64,000 nucleotides of DNA, taken from NCBI RefSeq assembly GCF_964213995.1, contig NC_135804.1:116312001-116376000 (forward strand). The letters run 5' to 3'. Position numbers and translations under genes: made by a program. Under the pieces are notes generated by a model. That model had not been told where the DNA came from, did no database searches, and was given only the letters and a program-made list of their open reading frames with translations. How positions within the stretch are numbered: position 1 is the stretch's first letter; every line of letters begins with the position of its first letter. Shown here piece after piece: positions 1-14,100 of this stretch. Origin of the DNA: Mustelus asterias (lineage: Eukaryota).

Positions 1-107
1 TTAAGGGAGCATTCCCTGAGGGCCATATGATCAGGTCTCACCCTATGGAGAGTCAAGGCAGGAAGCAGAACCAGTCGGGTGCAAGCGTGTGTATCCCGGA
101 TTGGGGA

Positions 108-385
108 AAAGTTAAAGTTTATTTATTAGTCACAAGTAGGGCTTACATTAACACTACAATGAAGTTACTGTGAAATTCCCCTAGTCGCCATACTTCGGCG
201 CCTGCTCGGGTCAATGCACCTAACCAGCCCGTCTTTCAGAATGTGGGAGGAAGCCAGAGCACCCGGACGAAATCCACGCAGACACAGGGAGAATGTGCAA
301 ACTCCACACAGACTGTGACCCAAGCCAGGAATTGAACCCAAGTCCCTGGCGCTGTGAGGCAACAGTGCTAACCACTGTGTCACCG
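108..385 (-). mobile_element. HE1/V-SINE-like SINE, tail type B
   Basis: tRNA-like head, tgtgtggagtttgcac core, tail ...cagtaacttcattg...taataaataaacttt. Confidence 0.85.
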
Positions 386-1334
386 TGGATCCTCACTTGG
401 CGCCAGGGAGGATTATTGCATAGTCACATTCTCAATTCTGTCAGATCCTTTCATTATAAATACCTTTTTATTATTGGCAATAAATCGAACCACACTGAGT
501 CACCCTTGATTGATTACAGTAACTAATGTACTGACCTCCCACAACCTTCCATCAGAAACTGCTTCACATTCTCAGACCTCACATGGGATGCATCCCCCCC
601 CCCTCCTTCTCATCATATCCCCTCCCCTCAACTGCTCTTGAGACCCCTAAAATCTCCCCAGCCTCCCACTCGAATACACTCTGACATTCCCAGGGAATGC
701 CTCTACCCTCTCTGACCCACACGGGTCCTCTCGAATACAACCCCTCCCAACTGCACCTGACTTTACCAGAAGCTGCTTAACAATTCCCTCAGTAATTCCG
801 ACTTGCTCCAGAGATCAAACCATTCACCAGGCTCATGGGATCTATTTTCCTGATCTCATCTTGTGCACAGAGCTGTTTCCTCCATCCACCCCACCCAGAG
901 CAGCTTTCAGCTTCCACTTCCTTCTCTTTATTTTTGGAGAATCCTGAATACTGCCGCTGAGTATGTCACTGAATCTGCTAGCCTCTGACTTCCTAGAAAG
1001 GCTCAACTTCTGCCTTCAAAATGCCTGATGTGCTAAGACCTTCCCAGAGGTTTTAAAGTTTAATAGGCCAATTTTGTTAAGCAATCAACCATATTAGGGG
1101 AACTGCGCACAATCGTTTGGTTTCTAACAATGCTCCTTATACATGGGCAAGTGTTAAACAGAGATTACACCTTGCCTAAGATCTAATTATGGTTCAGGTC
1201 AGAAACTCCAATGTATTTTGTGAAGCCCACCTGGATCATAGGTTTAGCCTTTTGAATTTGGCTAGGATAAGCAAGAGATATTTCACTTCAGGTATGATTC
1301 AAATGACCCACTAGGAAGCTTTTATCAAATAAAC

Positions 1335-1540
1335 CGTTGTTGATTGTCGGAAAAATCCATCTGGTCCACTGATATCCCTTTAGAAAAGGAAATCTGCCAT
1401 ACTCACCTGGTCTGACCTACATGTGACTCCAGAGCCACAGCAACGTGGTTGATTCTCAACTGCCCTCAGGCAACAAAGGATTGGCAATGAATGCTGGCCA
1501 GCCAGCGATGCCCATGTCCCATGAATGAATTTTTAAAAAT
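1335..1540 (+). mobile_element. Second tRNA-derived SINE family, 3' part (other copies ~16830-17205 -, ~40475-40780 -, ~63670-63990 +)
   Basis: Shared aaggaaatctgcc...acatgtgactccaga...catgaatgaat sequence among four loci; B-box-like gggttcgaatcc in the full-length copies. Confidence 0.7.
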
Positions 1541-1911
1541 AACAAAGTTTATTGAAGAATATAGTTAACATGTATAGTAAGAAAATTAGCAAGAACTTTT
1601 ACCAATTACAAATAAGAAACAGAATAACCACTATAATGTATTACCCTTAACAGATATATCTAATGTTTCCCAATAAAACCAATCCCATTGACAAAAGACC
1701 CTTTTTACAGGTTTAACACAACAGAGACTAATGCTCATGCGATACTGAACTTGAGACCTTTGGATGAAGTCTGCAGTTCTCTGTATAGACTCAGAACAAT
1801 TTGAAGTCAGAACAGCTTCCCAGACCAGGGAGAGTCTATGGGCAAGACACCAACAGCAGATTTTCTACTCTAGGAAGGCTTTCAGCTAAACAGCAGAATT
1901 TCACAAAACCA

Positions 1912-2499
1912 GGCACAGTCACACAATGATTAGCACTGCTGCTTCACAGTGCCAGGGACCTTGGTTTGATTCCCGGCTTGGGCCACTGTCTATGTGGAAC
2001 AAAGAACATTACAGCACAGGAATAGTTCCTTCGGCCCTTCAAGCCTGCACCAACCATGCTGCCCGACTGAACTAAAAGCCCGTACCCTTCCAGGGACCAT
2101 ATTCCTCTATTCCCATCCTATTCATATATTTGTCCAGATGCCCCTTAAAAGTCACTTTCGTATCTGCTTCCACTACTCCCAGCAGCGAGTTCCAGGCACC
2201 CATCACTCTCTGCATAAAAAACTTGCCTCGTACATCTCCTTTAAACCTTGCCCCTCACACCTTAAACTTATGTCCCCTAGTAATTGACTCTTCCACCATG
2301 GAATTTGCACGTTCTCCCCGTGTCTGCATGGGTTTCCTCCGGGTGCTCCGGTTTCCACCCACAGTCCGAAAGATGTGCTGGTTAGGTGCATTGACCCGAA
2401 CAGGCGGCAGGTTGTGGCGACTAGGGGAATTTCACAGTAACTTCATTGCAATGTTAATGTAAGCCTTACATGTGACTAATAAATAAACTTTAACTTTAA
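1912..2499 (+). mobile_element. V-SINE (tail B) interrupted by a minus-strand CR1 3' end (~1996-2297)
   Basis: SINE core breaks at ...tgtggaa and resumes tggaatttgcacg. Confidence 0.8.
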
Positions 2500-2964
2500 C
2501 AGGGTGAGAGAGAGAGAGAGAGAGAGAGAGAAATTGCTTTCAGTCTGATATCCACTCCCTTCTAAAACTAAAACTCAAACCTGCAGCTCCAAACTGAAAA
2601 TGAAAAAGAAACTCCTATCACTGAACCTGCCAACCGGTTTTTCTCCTCGCAATGCAGAGTCATGAACATCCCAGTAAAAATAAACAAACCCCCATTTAAG
2701 CAGCAATAAAAAGACTCTCGTAGACAGCCTGGCAACAATGAGAAAAACAAACTGAAGCTGTGAGAGCTGCAGAGATCATGATTTTAAAAAAACTTTCTTA
2801 AATGTACACTGATATCACACTAATCCCATGACAAATATATAGGAATTCCAGCCCATTGTTTCCCCATCAATTCTGGTGAACTCCAATTTTATTTTAAATT
2901 TATTACTTTTCATCTGACTCAATTCTCTTTTGTCTTTGGAACTGGTGTCCTGCCTTCACATGTT

Positions 2965-4745
2965 CATAAAATCATAGAATCCCTCAGCCACCTCACTTGG
3001 CAGTACATACCAGGCCCCCACCACCCTCTGTGTAAAAAACTTCCCTCCACACATCTCCTCTGAACATTTCCCCCCTTACGTTGAACTTATGCCCCCTTGT
3101 AATTGTCATTTTTGCCCTGGCAAAAAGCTTCCAACTGTTCACCTTATCTATGCCCCTCATAATTTTATAATCTTCTATCGGGTCATCACTCAGCTCCTCT
3201 TTCCAAGGAGACAATCCCAGTTTATTCAACCTCTCCTCATAACTAATACCCTCCATACCAGGCAACATCCTGGTAAACTTTTTCTGTACCCCCTCCCTCC
3301 TTCCGCACTCCACATCCTTCTGGTAGGGTGGCGATCAGAATTGGACACAGTGGGGTGATTCTCCCATCCCGACGCGCACATTTTTTGCGCTTCGGGATGG
3401 GAGAATCGCGTGTCGGCCATTTTGCGGGATTCGCGCACGTGTTCCTGATGCATGCGCGTCTCCCAGAACCAAAGAACAGGCGCAGTCGGGACCGAGCTGG
3501 AAACCAGCGGGAAGAGAGATAAGTGATTTTAATCTGTTTTAAATGTATTTTTAATCTATTTTAAATGTCATTATCAGGCCCGGCACGGACCTTGCCGGAC
3601 CCGATAGCATCTCCCACCCTGCCAAGAGTATTTCACTCCGGTGGGGTTTAGAATAACCCCCCACGTCCGGGGAACTAGCGGGAGACCCCGCCGGAGTGAA
3701 GGGGGGGGCAATTGGGGCCCCAGGGGGTCGGGCGGCGGGACAGGTGCCCCCTGGGCATGGGCACCCTGGCAGTGCCAGCGTGTGCCCGGCACTGCCCAAG
3801 GGGCAAAATGTCCATGCCCAGGGGTCACTTTGGAACTGCCCACCAGGTACTAGGCAGTGCTAAAGGGGTGGGGCCTATTGTGGATCAGGCCTAGGGGGCG
3901 ATTGGTTGACGTGGGGTGTCCCGCTGCCACTCTGCAGACAGGATCGGTCTGGGCTGGAGGGAGGCCAGCAATTGGGACGGGCTGAGGGGGGGGTATGCTG
4001 CCAAGGAGGGGTCTGCCTCTGGGACGGGGGGGGAGGGGGTTGGTCTGCCAGAGGTGGTCAGCAGGGGGGTCTGCTGTGGTGGGGGGGATTGCCACTGCTG
4101 GGGGGTGAGGCCTGGAGATCGGGGCACTCCAGGATGAGGGGGTTGGGTCTGGTCTGGGAATTGTCGTGAGGGCCACGATCGGGCTGTGATGATGTCGGAG
4201 GGGCAGCACTGTGGGGGTCCCGGGCTGGCCAGTGATTGAGCTGGCCAGCAAACACGGAGACTGACAGATTGGGGCCACTGAGCATGCACAGAATTCCGGA
4301 GCTGTCAGCCTCTGCCGTGAATAGGCCTCGCCCCCCTTCTGTGTTTTAATGATATTCATGATTGTGACCTCTACATTGCACAGTGGGGAGATTCAGGTCT
4401 GAAGTTGTACTGAAAAAACAGTTGTGATCTAGACCAATTTTCTCGCCAATTTGGCACTTTTGGGAGAATTGCCCCCAGTATTCCAAATGTGGCCTAACCA
4501 ATGTCTTATATAACTGTAACATAATTTGCCAAATTTTATACTCGATGCCCCGGCTGATGAAGGCAAGCAAGCCACATGCTTTCTTCACCACCTTTTCCAC
4601 CTGTGCTGCCACTTTTAAGAGTCTGTGGACCTGTACTCCCAGATCTCTCTGTGTGTCTATGCATCTGATGGTGTTCCCACCTGAATTAGATCTACCAAAA
4701 TGCATCACCTCACATTTTTCTGGATTAAATTCCATCTGCCATCTT
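2965..4745 (-). mobile_element. CR1/HER1-type LINE 3' fragment (split by the element at 3352-4475)
   Basis: RT C-terminal peptides WQMEFNPEKCEVMHFG, LYKTLVRPHLEY, VQKKFTRMLPGM. Confidence 0.85.
3352..4475. mobile_element. Non-autonomous GC-rich TIR DNA transposon (Harbinger-like) inserted into a CR1 LINE
   Basis: TIRs ggggtgattctccca / tgggagaattgcccc; cagt duplicated at 3348-3351 and 4476-4479; CR1 sequence resumes seamlessly on the other side. Confidence 0.75.
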
Positions 4746-6054
4746 AGTATCTCTCTCATGCGCGTGGAACTGTGCTTTTTTTGTGCATTTTGAAAATTAT
4801 TTTTTGGCAGGGCTTAGCTTTGAAGATCCCAGAATCAATATGTGAAAGGAACTTTTTCTACTTCACCCTGACCAATGAAAAATATCTTATTTTCTATTGC
4901 AAATCTATAAGCAACCTTTCTGTTACGGGGCTTTATAAACATATTATTGAAAAACGCTTCCGAAAGGGGTGGGGAATATTCAGTTCTTAGATTGCTGTAG
5001 TAACTGCATGTCTTTTGTTACATCTTGTACCACAGATCAATAATTTAGGTTACTGGCAGGGTTGGAATACCATTCACTTCATTATAAGTGAAGAGGTCAA
5101 TCCTGTTGAGGAAAATACTCAAGCTTAAAGGTAATTTACCCGCTAAAAATGAATTGATTTGATATCTAGATAAATAACATTCAATTTTTGTGGCATTTGG
5201 ATACAAAATGAAGGAAAATAAGCACTTTTACTCTCATTTAATTGAAATCTGTCTTAGACAGGGCATTCTGTCTTTATCAGATATTGTATTGATTTTGCAC
5301 ACTTTAATGCCTTCAGAGGAGAGGAAATTTGAAGTGAGTTTTGTACAAATCTCTGAAGGATTGCTGAATTTGCTAATGCAAATGCCAATCATGAGTTCAC
5401 CGCAGTATCAAAAAATTACATCAAAAACTGCATTACGCTCAGAGATTTGCAATCCACTGTCAACCCTCATTCACCAAACCTCTTATCGTAATGCATCTTC
5501 GTTTTAATAAGCAGTCAATTCAAAATGGCTTGATTGGTCTGGTAATGAGAAAACATTTACAAGGTAAAATTGATATTTCCTTTTTTTCCTGACTATTTTC
5601 ATTCATTTTCTCCTGAAGGCAATGACTCTTTAACTGGGTATAGTTCCAGAGGCATCATGTAGCTTACCGTTCTTTACCAAGTTGGCAATTATTCATATGT
5701 CAAGCTTGTCAGTGGATGTTGACAGTTGACTTAACCATATTGAAGGGCCAAGTCATATTGGGGAATATCGAAAACTTCTTTACCCATCATGGAACTAGGT
5801 GTGATGCACAACCCTATGCAAAGCAGCAGCCCTATCGACCAGATTCATTATGCATAGCCTCCAAGTTACTGTTGTAGGTATCTTCAAATGTAAAAGCGCC
5901 CCATCATTGTTCTGCCATTTCTTGTTGTAGAATTAGTATGCTTACACTAAACAAAAGAATGCAACATGCCAAAGCTGAGTTTGATGTATAATCATCCCAT
6001 GTCGGGAACCTGAGGGCTGAGCTGCTAATTCATGCTGGCAAGAAGCCGTCAATC

Positions 6055-6900
6055 CCAAACATTTCTAATTTGCTCACCAACCTGCCATGTGACACTATAT
6101 CAAATGCTTTCTGAATGTCTAAATATACAACATCCACAGCATTAACCTCATCCACTGCCTGTGTCACCTTGTCAAAGAACTCAATTAAATTTGTCAAACA
6201 TGACCTGCCCTTGACAAAGTCACTTTGACTGTCTAATATTAACTTATTTTTTTCTCTAGTGTATATTTCTTATCCCATATTATAGCCTCAATCAGTTTCT
6301 CTACTATTGATGTCAAGCTGACAGGTCTGTAGTTTTCTATGTTATCTGTTGCGCCTTTCTTAAACAACTGCGTCACATTTGCAATCCTCCAGTACCCTGG
6401 GATGAATCCTGTGTTCAGAGAGGTCTGGAAAATTTCTGTCAACGTCTCCACAACTTGCTCCCTTACTTCTCTCAACAATCTAGGATGCATCCCATCCGGG
6501 CCTGGTGACTTCTCTACTTGGAGTGCTGCCAGCCTTTTTTAACACATTTTCATTATCCATCACTATACTGTTCAGTTGCTCAACACCCACATTTTCAACT
6601 GGGCCATTGTAACCATTTTCTAATTTGGTAAAGACAGAAGCAGAGACCTCATTTTGTACCTCTGCCATACCCTCCTCTTCAGTGAGCAGCTTACCGTGTT
6701 TATCCGTTATGGGCCCCACTCTATCCTTCACTAATATTTTACCATGAACATGTTTGAAGAACATTTTACTATTTGTGTTAGTACAGCTTGCCATCCTTCC
6801 CTTAGGCTTCCTCTTAGCCTTCCTGATTTCAGCCTTAGCTTTTCTCCTGCATTTGTTGTGAATTGTTGAAGAAAAGCTGTTAGCCATAATTAACTTGGCA
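6055..6900 (-). mobile_element. CR1-type LINE ORF2 (RT) fragment
   Basis: PGPDGMHPRLLREV...WRIANVTQLFKKG...NYRPVSLTS; frameshifted. Confidence 0.88.
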
Positions 6901-9900
6901 AATTTACATTGACCTTCACTTTCCTCTGCTTTCCTCACTGGGTCTTCAAGTGGTTCCACGGGAACTTCCTTAGATATGGTTCCTCTTTACACGTTCAAAA
7001 CTGTCAATGAAAGAAGTGAATAATCGTAACAAGAAAGAAAATGAACATGCTGCATGCAAGTGGGCTGTTTCTTTTTGTCAGAGTAATCATATTTTCCTCC
7101 CTCTGTTGGTAAAACTGTTCAGCCCACAGTATGAATGTGACAGTTTAACCAACAAGAGAACGCCTCCAAATGCTTAGAGCTGCAATCTGAAAGCAGCTCT
7201 CAGCATAAGCCGGGTTTCAGAGATAAGTGATGCCAAGGGTTTGACAGAAGATGCTGTCCAACAAATGTGGTGTGAGTGCCAGCAAGATCCTAACTTTCTG
7301 GACATCATGAAGAAAATCATTCTCAGCTGAGCCAAAGGAAAGCCAAGAGAGATGACGCAAAATCATCCTATGTGCTGCTAGCAACTTTTGCTTCCGTCAG
7401 CTGCCTGTCCCTTAGTTCACCAACGATCTTTTGCATTCATCCACTGCGCCTTATTCCACCATCTGGTTCTGCAGCTGTTTTCTATTTCCTATTAAGTCTT
7501 TTTTTGGGAAAAAAAAACAAATTTCAAAATTATTTCCATTAACTTATAAGATGTCATGAACATACCCTCACCTTCCCCTTAAACAATAGTGTCAAAAATC
7601 CTAATAATGCTTGGACTGAATTGTTCCAAATCATTGCCATTAAATAATTCCAGTCTTGTATCCCTTGTAATGAACTGTTGGTGAGTTCAATACCTGCCTG
7701 AAGAACACAGATAATTCAATAAATCTCAGGGGCTGGGTGGCAAAAATTGTTTCGCACCTTGACATTCTATCTCTGAGAAACAGGTATAAACCCACAGTAG
7801 ATCTGTAGAAAATTTGGTCTCTTTGCCAGTTACGAGAATCCTTTGTGTCTATGTTTTGGTAACATTAAGTCAGTTGCAGCTCACAAGGCAACAGTGCAAC
7901 AGTATATGATAATTAAATTGGCCAGTGGTGGGGTAGTATATGAATTTCACACTCCTGGGTGATGCAGCCATCTGAAATTAGCACTAGGGCACAATGGCGC
8001 TGCAAATTAAAGGAACTTTACTCGGCATCCAACTGATGGTGTATCTGACCTTGGAGTGTTTAATAGTGGTGCAAAAAACATTAATTGGGGTGACTTGTAT
8101 GCCCTCTTTCATGGCAGAGAGGACATTTAATTGGGTGGGAGGGTGGTGTGCTGCCTACTGCCTTCTCACTTCTGCCAACTTTAAGCCCAGACAGGCAGGT
8201 TCATGGACGGACATCCCACCCAAACACCAATTGAAGCCCTTAAATGGCCAATTAATGATCATTTAAGGGCGTCATCCTACTGCTGTTGGTATTAATGCAG
8301 TCTGGCAAGGCCTGTCACCATGTAGCATGCATGACAAGAAACATTGTGCAGGCTGCTTGTGGTCGCCTGGTTGGTGGGGAAGTGGCGGGGGGGGGGGGGG
8401 GGGGGCGGGGGGAGGGGGGAGGAGGTGGTTAATTTCCAAAGACATTTAGTGCCTGATCAAGGAACCTGGCATATGGACAGGGCAGGCCTACTGAGAGTCA
8501 TCCCATGCCCTTGCTACCCACCACCCCATGAAACCCCTTCTGCCATAATTTAACTCTGGCCTGGCTGTTATTCAATCTTGGGTCTCCAGTGGCTGCCATT
8601 CCTGCAGCAGCCACAGCTTCCCTGGTAACATTGGCGAGCAAAACCGTTGCTGATCTCTGATTAGCCAATAGCTCTCAGTAGGTGAGATTTCTGTTCCTGG
8701 GTCCTTGATCCTTTACGTTGTCCATGTAAATGCCTGAAAGGCACTTTTATCAGCAGGCCTTCCCAGAGGCAGCAACAACATTTGTCTCTTGCTGGCTCTC
8801 CAGCTGGCAGGCGAGACCCTGAAACTTCCATTAAATCCCCCCATTCATTCATATGTGCTCTGCCCAAAAACAGGTCCTTACCTCATTATCTGCTGCTGCT
8901 TCATCCCGAGCCATTTTTCTTGGCAGATAGTTTGCTATTACCTGTCACTCTCAGGGACAGGACAAGGAGCCAAAAGAGGAATCAAATCCACACTTTTGGT
9001 GACATTCTGAACTATATGCTAACCATCTAGCCAACTGAGCTAACCATGCAAGCATGACAAAATTCCCAACATACACACCTCTTGCCTGGATCAGTGCAAG
9101 GAAACTTTGTTGATAATTTAGTGGGTGTTTTCTGAACTGGTGTTAAGCTACAACAACTAGTTGTGCCTATCCAAACTGACCAAAGTAAACCAATCTTTGC
9201 CACAGAAGCAATTATATAATAAACTGGAAGATCAAACAGGGTTTTTGCTTTTAGCCATTAACTATCAATTCATCTTGGGTATTCATGTGTGACCACTGAG
9301 TGAGGATGAGATGTATTCATACGTGGTCACTTCTACAATTGTATAGCTGGCAGTTTCACTCATTGTATTGTTTCACACATAAAGAATTGTTACTTGTGCA
9401 TGGTACTTGGTCCCTTGGTACTGTAAGCCTATAAGATTCACTGTCTTTTTAAATGGATGGTAACAAAGTGGGAGAAAATTGGAAGAAAATAATTAAAATG
9501 TATATAAATCAAACAAATTTTAATACTTCATTCACAAAATTACAATATAGATGTGTGCATTCAAATATAAAATCACTGAGTACATTAACAATGAAATTCT
9601 CAGTTCATAAAATTGTCCCCAAGAAATAACCAGTGGCACTTTTGTTGTGATCTAGCAATTGTATGCTTCACAGTAAATTTTAACTTATTTATCTAGAACA
9701 TTAAAAATTATGACTGTATTTTATTTCCATGACCCAGATTGAATCAAACATGAGTATAAAGCGTTCTCACCAGGCTGCTAGATTCTTTAAACATTCTGCC
9801 CGAAGCAAGCTGGTTTCACACAAACAATTATGTAAGTGGACCATTTGATGGCAGTGCTGACACTCACATAGTCACACAGTCCAACCAACTTTAGCACTGT

Positions 9901-10179
9901 GCTTCCGGATTCAGTCTGGATGAATAATATCTGCACATCCCTATACAACACCCCAATGTTGTTTTTTTTCAAACATCAGAGCAATTTATCAAGTGGTTGT
10001 TCTCAAGAGTATTTTTAAGAGCCTAATTTTATTCATTATAAATAATCAAGTTAATTTTTTTTTCAAACTGCAGTTGTATTTGCAGAACTGTCACAATGTA
10101 CGAAACCTACAATGAATTACCTTTCAAATGCAATGAATGTTGTTTCTCGGTGGTTACATAGTTGCTGCAGACAGTTGTA

Positions 10180-10560
10180 GGTGCAAATCCCAGTCTTGGG
10201 CACAAAATCTGAGCTGACATTCCAGTGCAATATTGAGGGAGTGTTGCACTGTTGGAGCGTCGTCTTTCAGATGAGGCACAAAAACCCCTATCAGGTGGGC
10301 AGAAAAATTTATTCCACTATTTCAAGAAGAATAGGGAGTTATCACCAGTGTCCTCACTAATTATTATCTCTCAGCCAATATCACTAAAATTGATTATCCC
10401 CGTGCTGCTTTGTGAGATGTTGATGTTCACATATTGGTTGCAGTAGTCCACTAGTTCACAACAGTGACTATATTTTAAATGCACTTCTTCGGCTGTTCAG
10501 AAATCCGAGACATCCCAAGGTTGGAAAGACATATTATAATAATGCAAGGTATCTCTTTCT
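10180..10560 (+). mobile_element. Ancient DeuSINE (SacSINE/AmnSINE-like) relic
   Basis: ctgacattccagtgcaatattgagggagtgttgcactg...gtctttcagatgag...ataatgcaag tail resembles the recalled Deu-domain consensus. Confidence 0.6.
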
Positions 10561-12460
10561 TTATTTAGACGAATGTACTACCCCGACAGCAATGTGATGA
10601 CCAATCATTTAACTTCTATAGGAAAACAGTTCAATTAAAACCAAAGAATAGGCCACTTTGAAAATATTGGCATTCTAATAAATGTCCTTTTGAGTGCTGA
10701 GAACAAATGGAAGAAAAGCGTTCTGGAAGTCAATATATTTTGATGCCAATGTGATTAGTTGAATGAAGTTTTTATCTTCTCATCCTGCAACAGTTTTCAA
10801 TGGCCAATCCCCATTAATCTCTCAGGCATACAGGATTACCAAAATAAAAAGTGCACTGGAGGTCAACATATTTTGATAAAATATTTTGATATCATAAACA
10901 ACCTTTAAAAAAAAATATTCGAATGAAAAATATAAACATTTAGTTTTATTGAACAATAGACTTTTGTATTCATAGACCTGAACAGATCAGATTTTTTTTC
11001 CATGTCATTCAATATGATAATCATTCAGGAAACTAAAAGCTATCATTAGCTGGATATAGCGACTAAAATCTTTGCACTGTAAAATGGGCTGAAGCCAAAT
11101 CAAACTAGGATGAAATATCATCTCAGGCATCAACATTGTGAATAGCATTTCTTTTTTTTTGTCAACTGTATTCCTGATTGATTAACTTGCAGTAATTGTT
11201 TCTCAATCAAGTTATCTTTAGTTTATTCAGCCAAATAAGACAAAGGGGCACCACCCAACAAAATAAAGGTTTTAATCCATGTAGAGAGGTTTCAAAAAAA
11301 CTTTAGGATAAAAATTTTCATCCTGTAGTCCCAGCAGGTAGCCATGTTCAAGGGAAGATTAAGTTGAAGATGGGGCTACAACAAGCAAAAATGCTGATTC
11401 TCTGACTCTTAAACCTAATGAGCATATTCGCCTACTGAGAGTACTGGATTGACACATTTAGCTTTACATGTTTTGATGGTTTTAGAGTATCTGACAAGGG
11501 CAAAATTGTGTTCAACCATGATGTCTCTTGTGTACAGCCTTTGGAACATGACTCACGGAGGAGTCTATAGAGGTCTTTTTTGGTCTCACTACCACCTTGA
11601 ATTAGTGTACCATGTGTACAATTAGTTCTGGAATGCTTTGACCATGATACAAAACTTTTGTTCACTCCATTATTATCATTAAAATTATTGGTCACATGCA
11701 TCAAGAGGCCGCCGACCATTTATGCAGTCCCTGCCCAACCACCCAGCACAACATCCATTCCCCCTCCCACTCCCCACCCCGCACCACACCCCTCTATTTT
11801 GTGCCTTCACAAAAGGAAGGAAGATAATGAAAAATATAGTGTAGAAAAACTGGCAGAATAATTTAAATGTTTATTGTTGATTACAGTGAATTAATTATCG
11901 TTCCGACCCTAAAAATTGTGACACTTGAGATGTAGCGATTTGATTGTTTACTAAATAACAAGTGAAGTACTTTTATTCAATTAAATATGTAACTATTAAA
12001 CAACACCACTGACAGCTCTATGTTTTTGGCAATGACTGTGACTAACTAATGTATTCAGAGGATTGACATACAGTTAAATAATAACATTTATTCTCTGGTT
12101 TGAATAGCTTTCTCCACTGCTGAACAAGTTGATAATTCAAAGGAATGAGAAGAAAAAAACAATAATTCATGTTTACAAAAGCAAACACATCTTCAGCACT
12201 CACCGGTGCATTATCCTCTTTCACAATGATCTACGGCACTCTACATTGTAAATATGTATAGGGTGGTCATGAAGCTGGCTGGGTCTCTCTTTCAACATGT
12301 CTTGAGACATTGCTGAATTTTTATCTTCTGTTTTTGTACCACCTGTGAGATATGTCTGGAAATAACAGTTTTCTCATTCAACAGTAATTCTTTTCCACAA
12401 TGAATGGTGTCTAAAGGTTTTTGTCTTCATGTCTGACCAACTTAGCTTGGACTTACTAGG

Positions 12461-12618
12461 ATGTGAAGATGCCAGCATTGGACTGGGTTGGGCACAGTAA
12501 GAAGTCTCACAACACCAGTTTAAAGTCCAACAGGTTTTTTTGGAATCTGAAAGCTCTGAAATCTCACAATTCCAAACAAACCTGTTGGACTTTAACCTGG
12601 TATTGTGAGACTTCCTAC
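12461..12618. mobile_element. Miniature Penelope-like fold-back element (hammerhead lost)
   Basis: 52-bp inverted arms (12495-12546 / 12569-12620), same tail as the 43.5 and 50.8 kb copies; flanking tggacttactagg / tggacttacttgg duplication. Confidence 0.75.
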
Positions 12619-12839
12619 TGGACTTACTTGGACCAGCTTACTCTTGCCTGATCACAGAAGGAACTGTAGAAGCTTGTGTAGGGCCTCAACTGATATTTTG
12701 GATAAGTTACATGTTACTTCTAAAGTACAAACTATGCTTTTAATTTACTTCATTACCTCTCTCCACCCTCCATATGAATATATTATGTTGCTTAATTGCA
12801 ACACTGCTGGTATAATTATTAGATATACTTCTACCCAAA

Positions 12840-13255
12840 AGACCATAAGACCATAAGACCATAAGACATAGGAGCGGAAGTAAGGCCATTCGGCCCATCG
12901 AGTCCACTCCACCATTCAATCATGGTTGATTTCAACTCCATTTACCCGCTCTCTCCCCATAGCCCTTAATTCCTCGAGAAATCAAGAATTTATCAATTTC
13001 TGTCGTGAAGACGCTCAACGTCTCGGCCTCCACAGCCCTCTGTGGCAATGAATTCCACAGACCTACCACTCTCTGGCTGAAGAAATTTCTCCTCATCTCT
13101 GTTCTAAAGTGACTCCCTTTTATTCTAAGGCTGTGCCCCCGCGTCCTAGTCTCCCCTGCTAATGGAAACAACTTCCCTACGTCCATCCTATCTAAGCCGT
13201 TCATTATCTTGTAAGTTTCTATTAGATCTCCCCTCAACCTCCTAAACTCCAATGA
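12840..13255 (-). mobile_element. Young CR1/HER1 LINE 3' end with (tcttatgg)n tail
   Basis: Intact EFRRLRGDLIETYKIM...FFSQRVVGLWNSLP; 8-bp tandem tail. Confidence 0.92.
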
Positions 13256-14003
13256 GTTATATATTTTGCCTGAAGGTAATCTTTAGGAAGATTTTAAGTA
13301 ACAATTCAGTGTTTTGTTCCTAAAGATGTTCAAATTGATGTGATTAGAGATCACCTTACATTTAAAATCCAACTGTTGCACATTTGTCCATAGAATCATA
13401 GAATCATAGAAAACCTACAGTGCAGAAAGAGGCCATTTGTAATTTGTAATAAAACAAGAAACTAAATATTATTTTGTTTAAGACTTATTTAGAATCAGGC
13501 TGGAACATATCACAAGGAAGGAAAAAGCATGGGTGCATTTCAGTAACAACAAGGAAAATTCTCCTGAAGTTATTGGTTTCTTGCTCCGATATGATGGATG
13601 GGTTGCAGTCACTCTCCAGTATTTCATCACAACTGTCTTAAGAATGAACTCTGAGACTTCTTGTTGGGAGGATGTTCAACAATAAAAGGCACCACATCAA
13701 GCACCTGACCTATGGACACTTCCAGTGAGGCCAATGAATAATTTCAAAGAGCAAGAACGCTCCCGAGTGACTTTAGTCACTGTAATCCAGGGCTCGAAAC
13801 ACAATTTAACGACCAGCATTACTACTGTTTAGGTTAGTGTTAGTTAACTCAGACCAGGGACTAGTTATGGAATCTTGCTGATGGACATATTTCATCTACT
13901 CACTGGTACTGAGTCATTATGAAGCTGAGGGATTCTTTTTGGGTTTTTTTGCATCAATGTAAAAGAGAAATTGAGTACTAACAAACTGCTGATAAAATGA
14001 TTA

Positions 14004-14100
14004 CAAAAACAGAAAATGATGGAGAAACTCAGCAGGTCTGACAGCATCTGTGGAGAGAGAATAGAGCCAAATTTTTGAGTCAGGATGACCCTTCGTCAGA
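14004..14100 (-). mobile_element. 3' end of a second Penelope-like family with a degenerate hammerhead
   Basis: Minus strand reads CTGACGAagggtcatcctgactc-aaaaattt followed by ...ccacagatgctgtcagacctgctgagtttctcc; 16-bp flanking duplication gctgata(a/c)aatgatta at 13988-14003 and 14101-14116. Confidence 0.6.

Larger units (their letters stand above)
1187..2819. mobile_element. Probable solo LTR with nested SINE/LINE insertions
   Basis: Ends ...atcACA; starts ttatgg (terminal TG apparently lost); ctaa(t) duplicated at 1183-1186 and 2820-2823; no coding content. Confidence 0.4.

Noticed and set aside
165-383. Recurrent short ORFs such as MAQWLALLPHSARD...
   Set aside because: Translations of the HE1/V-SINE consensus that recur at each SINE copy; not genes.
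3551-4359. Several Pro/Gly-rich ORFs
   Set aside because: GC-rich interior of a non-autonomous transposon; low complexity, open in many frames.
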